Positions 20,452 through 31,900 of a stretch of 64,000 nt of DNA are shown piece after piece. A program made the translations under genes and the position numbers. The DNA is taken from the NCBI GenBank assembly GCA_963666835.2, contig CAXXGO010000001.1, positions 512,001 through 576,000 on the forward strand, written 5' to 3'. The notes under the pieces were generated by a model. That model was not told the origin of the DNA, searched no databases, and saw only the letters and a list, made by a program, of their open reading frames with translations. The number at the start of each line of letters is the position of its first letter. Position 1 is the first letter of the stretch. The DNA is from Phycisphaerae bacterium. Its GTDB lineage: Bacteria; Planctomycetota; Phycisphaerae; UBA1845.

Positions 20452-20742
20452 ATGGACGCGACACCAATAAACACCGTGTCAGGAATCGGTAGCGGCGAAG
20501 CCTCGGGCCGCGTCGGTCTCAACACGGAGAAGGCGATCACTGCAAAGCCTCCGACGGGCTCGCCCGTCCAAGATACAGTGGAGCTATCCCCGGTAGGAAT
20601 AGCGCTTTCGCAGGCTGAGGTTCAATCTCGCCCGACGGCCGCGCGGATAAGTGAGATCCGCGCCGAGATCAGAGCCGGGACGTTTCTGACGCCAGAACGC
20701 ATGGACGGGATCGTCGAGAGGTTGCTCGAGATTCTCGGTTGA
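20452..20742 (+). CDS. FlgM-like anti-sigma factor family protein
   Basis: 'DTVELS...RISEIRAEIRAGTF.TPER'. Confidence 0.65.
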   Translation: MDATPINTVSGIGSGEASGRVGLNTEKAITAKPPTGSPVQDTVELSPVGIALSQAEVQSRPTAARISEIRAEIRAGTFLTPERMDGIVERLLEILG

Positions 20743-20879
20743 GCGAGCAGAATCGAGAGTCAGGCCGCGGCGCGATGGATGTGTTATCTCGCAGCCCGGC
20801 AGGCCGAATTCATGGAAGCCAAGGACGCGGAGTTCCACCCGGGCTCACGTGTCCCGCGGCATTGCATAAGGATCTGAAG

Positions 20880-21917
20880 ATGGAGCATACGTCGAGTCCT
20901 GTCGAGTTGGTCTTACGGCACTACGCAACCCGTTATCGAGGATGGATTATATTCGGCCTGGTTTTCTTTCTGGCAGTATGGGGCGGGGTCAGTGTGTTCT
21001 ACTCGGTGGAGGCGGACAGCGAAGGAGTGGTTCTTCGCTTCGGAAAGTACTCCAAGACGACGCTTCCGGGGCTGCACACGAAGTGGCCCTGGCCGATCGA
21101 TGCGGTGATGGTCGTGCCGGTACAGCAGATTCAGACGCTGGAGTTTGGGTTCGGGACAATTGATCCGGGCCAGGTCACCCGGTACGCCCTGCAAACGCCG
21201 GAACACGAAACGATCGCCCGCATGCTAACCGGCGATCTGAACTTGGCCCACGTGGAATGGATCGTCCAGTACCGCATCAAGGATGCACAACACTACTTGT
21301 TCAGGATCGGAGGAGACCACAGCAACAAGGTCGCGGTGGAGAACACGATCCGGAACGCCGCCGAAGCAGTCCTGCGAAAACTGGTCGGCGACCGGAGTGT
21401 CGACGAAGTCATCACGAGGGGGCGCGAGGAGATCGCCAGCGAAGCCAAACGGGAGATTCAGGAGATGATTGACAACTTCGAAGCCGGCGTTGAGGTCGTC
21501 ACCGTCAAGCTCCAGTCAGCTACGCCGCCCGAGGCAGTCAAAGATGCGTTCGATGCGGTCAACCGCGCCCGGCAGAACAAGGAGCGGGTGGTCAACGAGG
21601 CCCGCGGGGAACGCAACCGCGTCATTCCTGCCGCCCGGGGACAACGTGATCGTGTGATCTCGGAAGCGGAGGGATACCGGGAGCGCGTGGTACCTGAAAT
21701 GACCGGGCGTGCAAACGCGTTTCTCGCCCAGTTGGCGGAGTACGAGAAGGCGCCGGAGGTCACTCGCACGCGCCTCTACCTGGAAGCGATGGAGGAGACG
21801 CTGGCCCAGGTAGACGGCATCACCGTGATCGACGAGTCGGTTCGCGGGGTACTTCCGATGTTGAATCTAAGTCCCGCCGACCCACCGGCCAAAGGCCAGG
21901 AAGGGGGTGGACGATGA
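20880..21917 (+). CDS. hflK: FtsH protease modulator HflK
   Basis: GVVLRFGK, MLTGDLN, AFDAVNRA, YEKAPEVTRTRLYLE. Confidence 0.93.
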   Translation: MEHTSSPVELVLRHYATRYRGWIIFGLVFFLAVWGGVSVFYSVEADSEGVVLRFGKYSKTTLPGLHTKWPWPIDAVMVVPVQQIQTLEFGFGTIDPGQVTRYALQTPEHETIARMLTGDLNLAHVEWIVQYRIKDAQHYLFRIGGDHSNKVAVENTIRNAAEAVLRKLVGDRSVDEVITRGREEIASEAKREIQEMIDNFEAGVEVVTVKLQSATPPEAVKDAFDAVNRARQNKERVVNEARGERNRVIPAARGQRDRVISEAEGYRERVVPEMTGRANAFLAQLAEYEKAPEVTRTRLYLEAMEETLAQVDGITVIDESVRGVLPMLNLSPADPPAKGQEGGGR

Positions 21918-22891
21918 AGACCATCGTCGCTCTGGTGATCGTGATCCTGGCTGCAGTTGTTGTCATTCCAGCATCGACGTACACGGTGCCAGAAGGATGG
22001 CAGGCGGTAATCACGCAGTTTGGAGATCCGGTTCGGGTCCGAACCGAGGCCGGGCTCTACTTCAAGCCGCCATTCATTCAGGAGATCCACCGTCTGGAGA
22101 AGCGTCTGCTGCCGTGGGATGGCGATCCCGAGAACATGCAGACGCTCGACAAGAAGAGGATCTTCATTGACGTGTGGGCCCGATGGCGGATTGTGGACCC
22201 CATGAAGTTCTTCCAGGCCGTCCGCACGGAAAACCGCGGCTACAAGATCCTTGACGACCTTGTCGACTCGGCCGTCCGTGACGTGGTCGCGCGAAACAAC
22301 CTGATCGAGGTGGTACGCAGCAGCAACCGGGAGCTCCTCTATGAGAGCGACGAACTGGCGCGCGATGCCGCATCCAGCCAAGATCGTATCACCGTGGGGC
22401 GGGCCAAGATGGAAGCCGAGATACTCACCGTTGCCAGCGTCGGCCTCAAAGAACAATACGGCATGGAACTAAGTGTCGTTCACATCAAGCGGGTCAACTA
22501 CATCGAGTCGGTACGCACGACCGTGTACGACCGGATGAAGTCCGAGCGCATAAGGATCGCCAAGCTCTTCGAATCCGAGGCCGAGGAGGAGAAGAACCGC
22601 ATTCTAGGACTGACCACCAAGGAGCTCGACGGAATCAAAGGCGAACAAGAGCAGCGGGCGGCCGAGATCCGCGGGAGGGCGAAGGCGGAGGTGATTCGGA
22701 TTGCGGCCGAGGCTTATGCGGAGTCGCCCGAGTTCTACGGGTTCCTCCGGCATCTGGAGACCTACAAGAAAACGTTGGGCACCGGCACCCGCCTCGTGCT
22801 CTCCACGGACAATGAGTTGCTCCGGCATCTTCGGGGTCCGACGGTGGGCGGCAATGAAGCGACCCTTGCGCAGCCAAAAGAGACTCCCTGA
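21914..22891 (+). CDS. hflC: FtsH protease modulator HflC
   Basis: VITQFG, RWRIVDP, RMKSER, PEFYGFLR; overlaps hflK stop. Confidence 0.93.
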   Translation: MKTIVALVIVILAAVVVIPASTYTVPEGWQAVITQFGDPVRVRTEAGLYFKPPFIQEIHRLEKRLLPWDGDPENMQTLDKKRIFIDVWARWRIVDPMKFFQAVRTENRGYKILDDLVDSAVRDVVARNNLIEVVRSSNRELLYESDELARDAASSQDRITVGRAKMEAEILTVASVGLKEQYGMELSVVHIKRVNYIESVRTTVYDRMKSERIRIAKLFESEAEEEKNRILGLTTKELDGIKGEQEQRAAEIRGRAKAEVIRIAAEAYAESPEFYGFLRHLETYKKTLGTGTRLVLSTDNELLRHLRGPTVGGNEATLAQPKETP

Positions 22892-23418
22892 TGAAGCAAC
22901 AGGCGCGAGCGCCCGGTGCTTAAGGGTGCTCGGACGTAGAGAAAGAAGGAAGGGGAGCGGGATCAGGACTGCTTCTTCCAGCGACAAAGGCGGATCTGGA
23001 GGAAGGCATTCTGGACAGACCGGTATCCCGAGCGGTGGCGAGTTTTACGCTCGATCACGACTTTGCCGCTCTTCCAACGGAGACCGCCCGCGGCCCTACG
23101 CCGCGAGTCGAAAGACGATTACGATGCTGATCAAAGTGGCCGACATTCCACCGGATGAGGCGTACCGCCTGTTCTGCACCGACCCCCGCCTTCACATTCA
23201 GCTTCGCAGCCTGTACAGCCGGATCAGAAACACGGATTCGCGCCCACGGCTGAGGTTGCGCAGAGTCACGAGCAGGGAGGATTAGGATATGGAGCTTCTT
23301 ACTCGCACAGCTAGCAAAGAACTGCTGAGATCGGGTGAGTTGCTGTGCCTGCGAGAACGTCAGCATAGGGCCATGATCGGATGGCGCTGTCAGCGTGTAC
23401 AAAACGAAAGAGAACCTG

Positions 23419-23907
23419 ATGCAACATTCTGAGCCGACAGCATCTAACGCAACTGAAACACAGGAGATCGTTCGGCAGGCGGAGGTCGAGCTTGCGATCC
23501 TTCTGGGCATCGAAGAGTCACTCCGGATCGCGCTTCAGTGGATGACGCGGGGGCGCGGAAACAGCCACAAGCTCTCCACGTTGCGTTTCCACACGTGGTC
23601 CTTTGAACGCCACCTGACCCGCATACAGGTTCTTGCAGACCACGGTGGTTACATGCACTTGATCACTGACGCCCATCCACATTTGGCCGGCGAAGTAGAG
23701 GCGTTAAGGAACGAACGCGAAGAGCTACATTCCGATCTAGGAAGAATCATAATACGGCTGGATCATGTATCCACGGACGATGCCGCTGGATTCGGGAAGA
23801 CCTGTGCGGATCTTGAGCGCTTTCTTGACGACCTGAGAACGCATGGCCAGAAAGAAAGGGAGTTGCTCCAGCGCTCCTTCACCCAAGAAGAAGGAGGAGA
23901 GGGTTGA
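23419..23907 (+). CDS. Hemerythrin-like helical protein
   Basis: 'ERHL...GGYM..I....PHL...VEALRNE..EL...L..H..KERELL'. Confidence 0.5.
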   Translation: MQHSEPTASNATETQEIVRQAEVELAILLGIEESLRIALQWMTRGRGNSHKLSTLRFHTWSFERHLTRIQVLADHGGYMHLITDAHPHLAGEVEALRNEREELHSDLGRIIIRLDHVSTDDAAGFGKTCADLERFLDDLRTHGQKERELLQRSFTQEEGGEG

Positions 23908-24004
23908 AAGGGACAATCGTTCGGACCTTCGTCAAGGATGACGCTCCGGCCCCAAGGCAAGTCCCTTCTACGCATCCGCGCTTGGGAACTCATCGGAACG
24001 CAGC

Positions 24005-25057
24005 ATGAACACCAAACAACGTAATACCACTTTTCAACGCTGGGGTGGAGTGATCCGCCGTGAGACTCGGGATCTTCCTTCACTGCAAGAGGTTGGCAGA
24101 CGTGCCCTGGCCGACCCCGACGTGCGCGGCGCTTCGACACTGGAGGGTATGATCGAGACTGAGCTCCAGAACCGCCGGGCTCAACTCGAGCAGTACTTGA
24201 AAGACAAAGAGCCCCCAGCTGCTCAAGCGGAACCCCGAATAACTTCGCGATCGGAACCACCGAAGCCGGTTCCCACAACAACGCCGGAGCAGGATGTAGA
24301 GAATTTCAACCGGCTGGTTCGGACTCTCTCCACGTCATTGGAACGTGGCGACGAAAAGGAAACCCGGGCCATCTTCGCAAAGATGCAAGCCCTTCAAGAG
24401 CGAAGGCCGGAAGTGATTCCAGCCCCCGTCATCGAGGACTATGCACAACGGGTTGAGAAGCTGCGGGTCCACATCAAGCAGCTTACGGACGAGATCGTGG
24501 CGCTGGCAGAGCGAGCTGTTTTGGCGTCCCGCAATGGGAAGGAGCAGGACTTGGCGCGATCGATGCGCCGACTCACGGCGATCCACGCGGCCCACCCACG
24601 GTTACTCGATGAGGCCGGATTGGAAGATGTTCGTCGCGACGTTGCCGATGCTGCCGATGAGCGCTGTGAACACAACCTCACAACGAAGAAGCTCCTTGAG
24701 CGTGAACGGGCCATTACCGCCGAGATCAAGGTGCTCGCTGCCGCCGTTCACGTGTTTCATCGAGTGGCATCCGAGGTTTCGGATACAGCCGAGGAGTTTC
24801 GCGAAGCGGAAGCGACATACCTTCGGACGATCCAGAAGGTTCGTACCTACGACGTGGGATGGTTCTCGGGGGTCGTTCTCGAGCTAGCCGACCTGCTGGC
24901 AGAATGGTCCGTTCCACCTCTGGGAGCGGAAGGCCAGATCGACCGCTTCTTGGATAGCATAGACGCGGGCCTGGATCGTATTCGCGCGGAGATGCGCGAG
25001 ATTGACAGTGAACAAGATTCGGACGAGGGTAACGGGAACGAGCCCGCCGCGCAATGA
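24005..25057 (+). CDS. Hypothetical alpha-helical protein
   Basis: 350-aa ORF with E/R/L-rich composition; no recognised family. Confidence 0.65.
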   Translation: MNTKQRNTTFQRWGGVIRRETRDLPSLQEVGRRALADPDVRGASTLEGMIETELQNRRAQLEQYLKDKEPPAAQAEPRITSRSEPPKPVPTTTPEQDVENFNRLVRTLSTSLERGDEKETRAIFAKMQALQERRPEVIPAPVIEDYAQRVEKLRVHIKQLTDEIVALAERAVLASRNGKEQDLARSMRRLTAIHAAHPRLLDEAGLEDVRRDVADAADERCEHNLTTKKLLERERAITAEIKVLAAAVHVFHRVASEVSDTAEEFREAEATYLRTIQKVRTYDVGWFSGVVLELADLLAEWSVPPLGAEGQIDRFLDSIDAGLDRIRAEMREIDSEQDSDEGNGNEPAAQ

Positions 25058-25246
25058 TGGTCTTCAGTCAAGGCCTCCTGGTTGCAGATTGGAACGGTGG
25101 GTATGTGATTGACCCGGTCGCCTGGAACAACACGTACGTAAACACCACAGAAGGAGCCTGAAGAGACTGCTTGAAAACAGGGTGCTTCCCAATCGCTGGT
25201 TGAAGTGGATATCCCAGGCTTGGAGTGTTTGAAGGAAACCCGCACG

Positions 25247-26050
25247 ATGGTCACAACGGATAGCTCTCGGCAACCACAGCCACCCGACCCCGGGCGCAGT
25301 TTGCAGCCTCGCCGCCTATGGCCGGCGATGCGCGCTCTAATGCGTACTCGTGTTTTTGCGGGCTTGGCCACCGTTATACCACTGTGGGTAACGTGGGTTG
25401 TGGTGAAGTTCGTATTCAATACGATGCGGTCGGCCACACAGCCGATCATCGAGTACAGCATCCAATGGGTTGCCCGGTCGACGGGGAGTCAGCCGGAAGA
25501 CATACCCGCCTATCTGGATTGGGCCGTGCCGGTAGTCGCAGTTCTGCTGACGCTGTTTTCGTTGTACCTGCTGGGTCTGGTGACCGCCAACGTGCTGGGG
25601 CGGCGCGTTGTTCTGCTTCTCGAACGTCTGTTTGAAGGTCTGCCCCTGGTGAAGACGATCTATGGATCAACGAAACGTATCATTGTTGCGTTGGCTGGGG
25701 GAAGTGGCTCGATGCAGTTCCAGAAGGTCGTGCTCGTTGAGTTCCCTCGGCCGGGAATGAAATGCATCGGGTTTCTCACGTCGGTGGCCGAGGACACGGA
25801 CACGGGAAGAAAGATGGCCACCGTGTTTATCTCCACCACACCCAATCCCACGACTGGGTACATGCAGATCCTTCCACTTCAGGAAGTATCGGAGACCGGC
25901 TGGACGGTGGAAGACGCGGTCAAGGTGTTAATGTCGGGCGGCATTCTCTGCCCACCAAAGATACCGTTCGACCGTGTCCACCCGGTCAGTTGGAGCCAGA
26001 CTATGGCCCTGGACGCTGGCGCTCCTGGACCTGCGTCGCAGTACGGCTGA
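25247..26050 (+). CDS. DUF502 membrane protein
   Basis: 'LPLVKTIY', 'VVLVEFPR.G', 'TTPNPTTGY', 'SGG'. Confidence 0.88.
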   Translation: MVTTDSSRQPQPPDPGRSLQPRRLWPAMRALMRTRVFAGLATVIPLWVTWVVVKFVFNTMRSATQPIIEYSIQWVARSTGSQPEDIPAYLDWAVPVVAVLLTLFSLYLLGLVTANVLGRRVVLLLERLFEGLPLVKTIYGSTKRIIVALAGGSGSMQFQKVVLVEFPRPGMKCIGFLTSVAEDTDTGRKMATVFISTTPNPTTGYMQILPLQEVSETGWTVEDAVKVLMSGGILCPPKIPFDRVHPVSWSQTMALDAGAPGPASQYG

Positions 26051-26181
26051 GCAATACGCGGGTGAACATGGACGGAACGCGATACGTGAACGGTCATCCA
26101 CTCCAATTCCTCATCGGTGCAAAATGGCTGGGGTCTCTCGTCGACGCCGGTCACAGAATGTCGCTTTGCAGTTCTTCCAGA

Positions 26182-27540
26182 CTATTCCAGGAGATGAAGA
26201 TACCTGCTGGCGAGGCCCAGTACCATGAAAAACCCGCACATGTCGGTCAGAGTGGTGAGGATCGCTCCCGAGGCGATCGCCGGGTCCTGCCGGAAGCGGC
26301 GTAGTATCAGCGGAATCAGACCGCCGATCATCACGGCCACAAGTGTGTTGATCCACAGGGCCACCCCCACAATGGCGCCCAGCCATCCGTTTCCTTTCCA
26401 GCCCCAGGCCACGAGTCCGATGATCAGTCCGAGAGCCAGCCCGTTGAATAAGCCAACGGAAAGCTCCTTACCCACCACCCAGAGGAAGTCCCGCGGCCGG
26501 ATCCGGTCGAGCGACAGCTCCCGGATGCTGACGGCGACCGACTGGTTGCCCGAACAACCGCTCATGTCGGAGATTATCGGCAGAAAGACGGCCAGCGCGA
26601 TGACGGCCTGCAGAGTCTCTTGATACAGTGCGATCACGCTCGCCGCGACGACGTTCAGCAGGATGTTGATGCTCAGCCATGACAGTCTGCGCCCGGATCG
26701 TCGGCGCAGCGGCATGACGCGGAACTCGTCGCCACCGGCGATGCCGGTGAACCGAAGCATCTCTTCGTCGGCCTGCTTTTCAGCGACCCGCAGGGCATCG
26801 TCTTGCGTGATCACACCAAGCAGTCTCCCATCCTCGCCGATCACCGGAACCGCCAGGTAATGGTAGCGTCGGAACACTTTGACCAAGTCTTCAGCGGGCA
26901 TGTCGGCCGGAACCGAGACTGGGTCTGAGAACTTGATGCGGTCGACGACCGTATCGGCCTCGCACAGCAGCAAGGACCGCAGGGTCACTACTCCGTCAAG
27001 GCGCCCGTCATCGTCAACAATGTACAAGTATGAAGCGGGATAGTCGGCGTATTCCACCGCCCGCGAGCGCAGCTGGCGAACGGCGTCCCCCGCGGCCATG
27101 CCCCGCGGGACGGCAATGAACTCAGCCTGCATCAATCCACCGGCCGTGTCCTCGTCATACGACAGCAGTGTGCGCGCGATGGCGGCGTCTGCCTGATCGA
27201 CATGCTCGAGGATCGCTGCGGCATGGTCAGCCGCTACGTCCTGGAGAAGGTCCACCTCCTCGTCCGTCTGCATCTCCTGGACAATCGGTGCGGCGGCGTC
27301 CGGCTCCATGCCCATGACAGCCGCGGCCGCCATGTCGTCCGGAAGTTCCTCCAGGATATCGGCGGCCTGCTCCGGAGGCAGAGCGAGCAGCGTGTCAACG
27401 CGCGAATCCCGAGGAAGTTCGCGGAGCAGGACCGCCGCCTCACCGGGGTGGATGCAGCCCAGCTCTTCAGCCACGCGCTCGTTTTGACCGTCGGCCAGTA
27501 ACCGGGCTAGCTGTTCAGTACGTTCCGTCGTTCGTTCCAT
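26182..27540 (-). CDS. mgtE: Magnesium transporter MgtE
   Basis: MgtE N-domain, TAGGLM CBS pair, 'PIISDMSGCSGNQS', 'DPAIASG.ILTTLTD'. Confidence 0.92.
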   Translation of the reverse strand: MERTTERTEQLARLLADGQNERVAEELGCIHPGEAAVLLRELPRDSRVDTLLALPPEQAADILEELPDDMAAAAVMGMEPDAAAPIVQEMQTDEEVDLLQDVAADHAAAILEHVDQADAAIARTLLSYDEDTAGGLMQAEFIAVPRGMAAGDAVRQLRSRAVEYADYPASYLYIVDDDGRLDGVVTLRSLLLCEADTVVDRIKFSDPVSVPADMPAEDLVKVFRRYHYLAVPVIGEDGRLLGVITQDDALRVAEKQADEEMLRFTGIAGGDEFRVMPLRRRSGRRLSWLSINILLNVVAASVIALYQETLQAVIALAVFLPIISDMSGCSGNQSVAVSIRELSLDRIRPRDFLWVVGKELSVGLFNGLALGLIIGLVAWGWKGNGWLGAIVGVALWINTLVAVMIGGLIPLILRRFRQDPAIASGAILTTLTDMCGFFMVLGLASRYLHLLE

Positions 27541-27799
27541 GGTAAAGGACTCAGCTCTTCATCAGTTTCAACATAGCCGACGCGTCTATTGTCTCGGAGG
27601 CACCGTAGAACCGGCAACCTTAGACCCGCGATCTGCTTCTGCGCTCAGCGAGCACGGTATACCGCGAGACCGATGGTAACAAGAGCCTGTGAGTGAGGCT
27701 CGCGTGCACCGGGAGCCGTGTGCCGGCGGCCAAGCGAAGCACGAAGTGGCTGGGTTGGACTGATTCGGGCAAGCAGGCGGTCCGCCAGCAACACCGGAG

Positions 27800-28062
27800 T
27801 CAAGTCGACAGACTCTCCTCAGAACTCACTGAGCCGCCCGGCGTTTGCCATGCAAGTACCATCCACCCAATCAGCCCGGCGATCACAGACGCGGCGAGGA
27901 CTCCCATCTTCGCTTGATGCATGTACACCGGGCTCTCGAATGCCAGATGGGCGATAAAGAGTGACATGGTGAAACCGATACCCCCTAGACAACCTGCGCC
28001 TAACAGGTGCCGCCACGTGACCCCACTCGGCAAGCTGGCCAAGCCAACCAATCTGTACGCGC
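27800..28062 (-). pseudogene. nhaA: C-terminal fragment of Na+/H+ antiporter NhaA
   Basis: 'LGGIGFTMSLFIAHLAF...AKMGVLAAS'; rest of gene absent. Confidence 0.85.
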
Positions 28063-29923
28063 TGTCGGAGAGGCGATGATCGGAGCATGACCGGCGCCCG
28101 GGCGAGATGTGTGCCCAGTCAGTGTGCTGCATATGCTGCCCAAAACCGGCTGCACGGTCCAGATGAACGAATCTTGTTGTAACGCAAACATCTGCCAACA
28201 CTTGTGAGCTAAGTCGTCGACACTTCAGGACTGACGAAGCCGGACGACAGGGGCATCCGCCGATCAAGTCACAGTGGCCACACGACCAGAATCAGCGGAA
28301 CCCCGACGGCCACGATGATCGCCTCCAGCGGCAGGCCCAGCCGCCAGTAATCGCCGAACTGATACCCGCCCGGTCCCATCACGAGTGTGTTCGATTGATG
28401 GCCGATCGGCGTGAGAAACGCGCACGAGCCGCCCAGCGCCACGGCCATCAGGAACGGATCGCTCGAGACCTGAAACCCGTGCGCGATCTTGACGGCGATT
28501 GGGGCCATCAGCACCACAGCCGCGGCGTTGTTCACGACGTCGGACAGGAACATGGTGCAGATCAGGGTCAGCGTCAGGATCAGCACGGGGGAGCCGTCCG
28601 CAGACAGGCGGAGGAGTCCATCCGCCACGGCCGTGGCCGCCCCACTGGTTTCCAGCGATTCTCCCACGGGCAGCATGGCTCCGATCAGGACGATGATGGG
28701 CCAGTCTACTTGTTCGTAGAGGTCCTTGACGGACACCAGCCCGACGAGAACGAGGACAAGCGCCGCCGATCCGAGGGCAATCTGCACGGGCAGCCAACCA
28801 ACGGCGGTTACCAGCAGCGCGGCCGCGAAAATCCCCACCGCCAGCAAAATCCGTTTGGGCTGCCCGATGCGCAGGTCGCGCTGCGCCAGCGGAAGCCATC
28901 CGAGCGAATCGAGGGCCTCCTGCAAGCTCTCATCGTGAACCTGGATCAGCACGACGTCGCCGGCGCGTGGCTTCAGATCACTGAGGCGTTTGCGAATGGA
29001 CGAACCCTGACGCGCCACCGCCAGCACGTTGAGCCCGTAGCGCCGTCCGAGCCCCAGGCTGCGGATGGTCCGGCCTACAGCGCGCGAGTTCGGCGTGACC
29101 ACGGCCTCGAGGATGCTGACCTCCTTCGAGCGAAGGTCCTTGTCGCTGTATTCGTAGCTTCCGACGACTTCGAGTCCCGCGGCTTCGGAGAGGGATTGCA
29201 ATCCGTCGGGATCGGCCTGGACGATCAGAATGTCATCCTGCCGGATCGTTTCCCATCGTGCGGGCGCGGGCATACGCCGCTTCCCGCGGACCAGAGCCGC
29301 GACCAAAACGTCTTCGTCGACGATCCTGTCGACGTCGGCGATGGCCTGGTTGATGACCTTTGAGTCCTCATTGACGCGAAGCTCGGCGATGTACTCCTCG
29401 ATGTGGAACAGTTCCTCGCGGGATGCCTGACCCTTGCGGTGGGGAATCAGCCGCCAGCCGCCCAGGACGATGAACAGGATGCCCGCGGCAGCCACGCCTC
29501 CGCCCACCGGCGCGAAGTCAAACATACGGAACGGCTCGCCGCCGTTGTCACCGCGGAAGGTGGCGATGATAATGTTCGGCGGAGTGCCGATCAGCGTGAT
29601 CAGTCCGCCCAGCAGCGATCCGAACGCCAGCGGCATCAGCAGCATCGACGGCGGCCGACCGGACGAACGTGCCATGTGAACGGCCACCGGCATCAGAATC
29701 GCCAGCGCCCCCACGTTGTTCATAAACGCCGAGCAGAAAGTCACCAGCAGGGTCAGCCCGGCGATCTGGAGCGTGGGGCGATCGCCCAGCACCGTCATGG
29801 CCGCGGCGATCCGGTCCACGGCACCGGAGTTCTGAAGTGCGCGACTGACGACGAGGACGGCAGCGACGGTGATGACGGCCGGGTGTCCGAATCCAAGAAA
29901 CGCTTCGTCGGCGGGCACGACGC

Positions 29924-31460
29924 CAATAATGTCCGGAACCCGTTGATTTCACGGCGGATCCGGGCTCGCTGGCGTGAGCCGCGAGCTGAGGCGGTGCGCG
30001 GGCGGCGCAGGCCCCGTGGAGCGACGGGCGCAAGCTGCCTTACTCGGCGCATACCGATAGCCGCGCTGGTCGGGCTGCGGACCGGCGCGGAACGCTACTT
30101 CCTGTTTTTTTCGCGTTGCCGTTCGGCGGCGCGGCGGCGTTCACGACGCCGTCGCTCAGCAATCTCGAACGATCCTTGCCGCGGCATTAACCCGGAAACT
30201 ACGGCTGAGACAATCACAAAGTCGTATTTCGATGGCCGCGAGCCAGTCTCGACCGCGATCAGCAGCAACGCCACCATCATCACGTAGACCTGCACGGTCA
30301 TCCCGGATTCGTCTTCCGAGAAGAAATGCTGGAAACTCGCAGAACTCTTCAGCCATCGGAAGAACAGCTCTACTTGCCACCGGTGCTGGTAGATCAGCGC
30401 GATCATCCAGGCCGGGATGTCCAACAAGTCCGTAAGCAAACGCATCCGCTTCTGTTTACCTTCGCGGTCGGTGAACTCGACCACTACCTCACGTAAACGC
30501 GGTAAGTCGTGCGCCTCGGGATCAACGCCCAAGGTAACCTCGGTGTCGATCGCAACACCTGCGGCCACATCCTCATCGCTGAGCGGTTTGACCCTTACGG
30601 AATTGGTATGCACGTTCTTACGCAAACGCACGACGAAGGAACTCTTGACCTTAATGATTTCCTCGAGGAGGCCATACGATTGAAAACCGCGGTCCATGAC
30701 GTACAGGCAATCGGGCTCAAGATGCGTTCCGAGCACCTTGGCTTCACGCATCTGTCCATCCGTGACCGTGCAACATTCGGGAACGCCCTTGAGGACATCG
30801 AAATCGACGTGCACGCGGATCTGGCCCTTACGGACCCCCTTCTTCTCGGATTGGTTGTACAACGCCCAGGCGATTCGCGGAGCCACCGCGAAGAAGGTGC
30901 CGTCGACGGCCAGGAGCTTCTGTGTCAGGCTATCCAGGCGGTTGTCATGTGGTTGGATGTCGGCACGCTCCACAAGCGAGTCGATCAACGGCAGCAGTAG
31001 GGCCGGGTCGAAGACCTTCTGGGCGTCGGAGACTGTGCTCTTGGGCATCCGAGGGATTCCATACCGCTTTCGAATCCGAGGATGTTCGAAGAGATCCTCG
31101 ATGCTGCGCAGGCCTGTAACCGACGGGTTGAAGAAGGCCAACAGGTGAGCCACCACCAGTTGATCGTAGAACACGTCCCGGTTGGCGTGGGCCGGCTGGT
31201 CATGGAGGTGTTCGAGGTAGTCTTCGATCAATCGTGTGTAGCGGATTCCGATCAAATCGGGCGGCAACTTGGCCCGGCGCGCACGCCTTTTGCGCTTCTC
31301 CTCTGCTTTCTGGGCTTTCTTTCGCCTGCGCGTCATCGTGCCCAGAGTAGAGCACAAAGTGAGGCTGGGCGCAAGTTTGGTTTATGTTAGGTTGGCTGCA
31401 CGCCTTCTGAGGGCCCGCGCCCACCGCCCCGAACTCCCCCGAGAATCCCGGACACTATTG
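29924..31460 (-). mobile_element. IS4-family insertion sequence
   Basis: TIRs CAATAATGTCCGG / CCGGACACTATTG; 9-bp target duplication GCACGACGC at 29915-29923 and 31461-31469. Confidence 0.93.
30095..31336 (-). CDS. IS4-family DDE transposase
   Basis: AVDGT, MDRGF, Y..RWQVELFFRWLK. Confidence 0.93.
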   Translation of the reverse strand: MTRRRKKAQKAEEKRKRRARRAKLPPDLIGIRYTRLIEDYLEHLHDQPAHANRDVFYDQLVVAHLLAFFNPSVTGLRSIEDLFEHPRIRKRYGIPRMPKSTVSDAQKVFDPALLLPLIDSLVERADIQPHDNRLDSLTQKLLAVDGTFFAVAPRIAWALYNQSEKKGVRKGQIRVHVDFDVLKGVPECCTVTDGQMREAKVLGTHLEPDCLYVMDRGFQSYGLLEEIIKVKSSFVVRLRKNVHTNSVRVKPLSDEDVAAGVAIDTEVTLGVDPEAHDLPRLREVVVEFTDREGKQKRMRLLTDLLDIPAWMIALIYQHRWQVELFFRWLKSSASFQHFFSEDESGMTVQVYVMMVALLLIAVETGSRPSKYDFVIVSAVVSGLMPRQGSFEIAERRRRERRRAAERQREKNRK

Positions 31461-31900
31461 GCACGACGCCCGCGATGCAGAGAGTCAGCAGCGCCCCCAG
31501 CGCCACCAGGTCGTATCGCCAGTAATTGCAGATGAACAGGACGAGCGTCACACCAGAACGCTCGTGACAATCAATTGGTCAGCCATGCGCGGAATTGTAC
31601 AGAGTCAGCTGGGGTTCGGCCATTCCGCGCTTCGGCACACCGGCTGGCCATCGACGTTTCCTCCATCCGAATTTGAGGAGCAGGAAGTACGGACCGGCAC
31701 CGCTACAGAACCAGCAAACGACCTCCGCGACCGATGCTTGTATAGCCGTGGAGACGCTCATCTAATACTGACGGGGCTGCGAGCGGACGAGTATGACCGA
31801 CCCGGTAGCCCAACAAGAATGTAGGGGTACGTCCGGTGGCCGAATACGGCGGCTAAATACGCAACATCCTGCATAATGCAATACATTGCGAAGGTGATGA

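Larger units (their letters stand above)
28269..31586 (-). pseudogene. SLC13-family permease with TrkA-C domains, interrupted by IS4 (N-terminal part 31461-31586, remainder 28269-29923)
   Basis: SAFMNNVG, TLIGTPPN, TPIGHQSN; N-terminus 'WRYDLVALGALL...GVV|PADEAF' rejoins across the IS; extra 1-bp frameshift near 31550. Confidence 0.88.
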
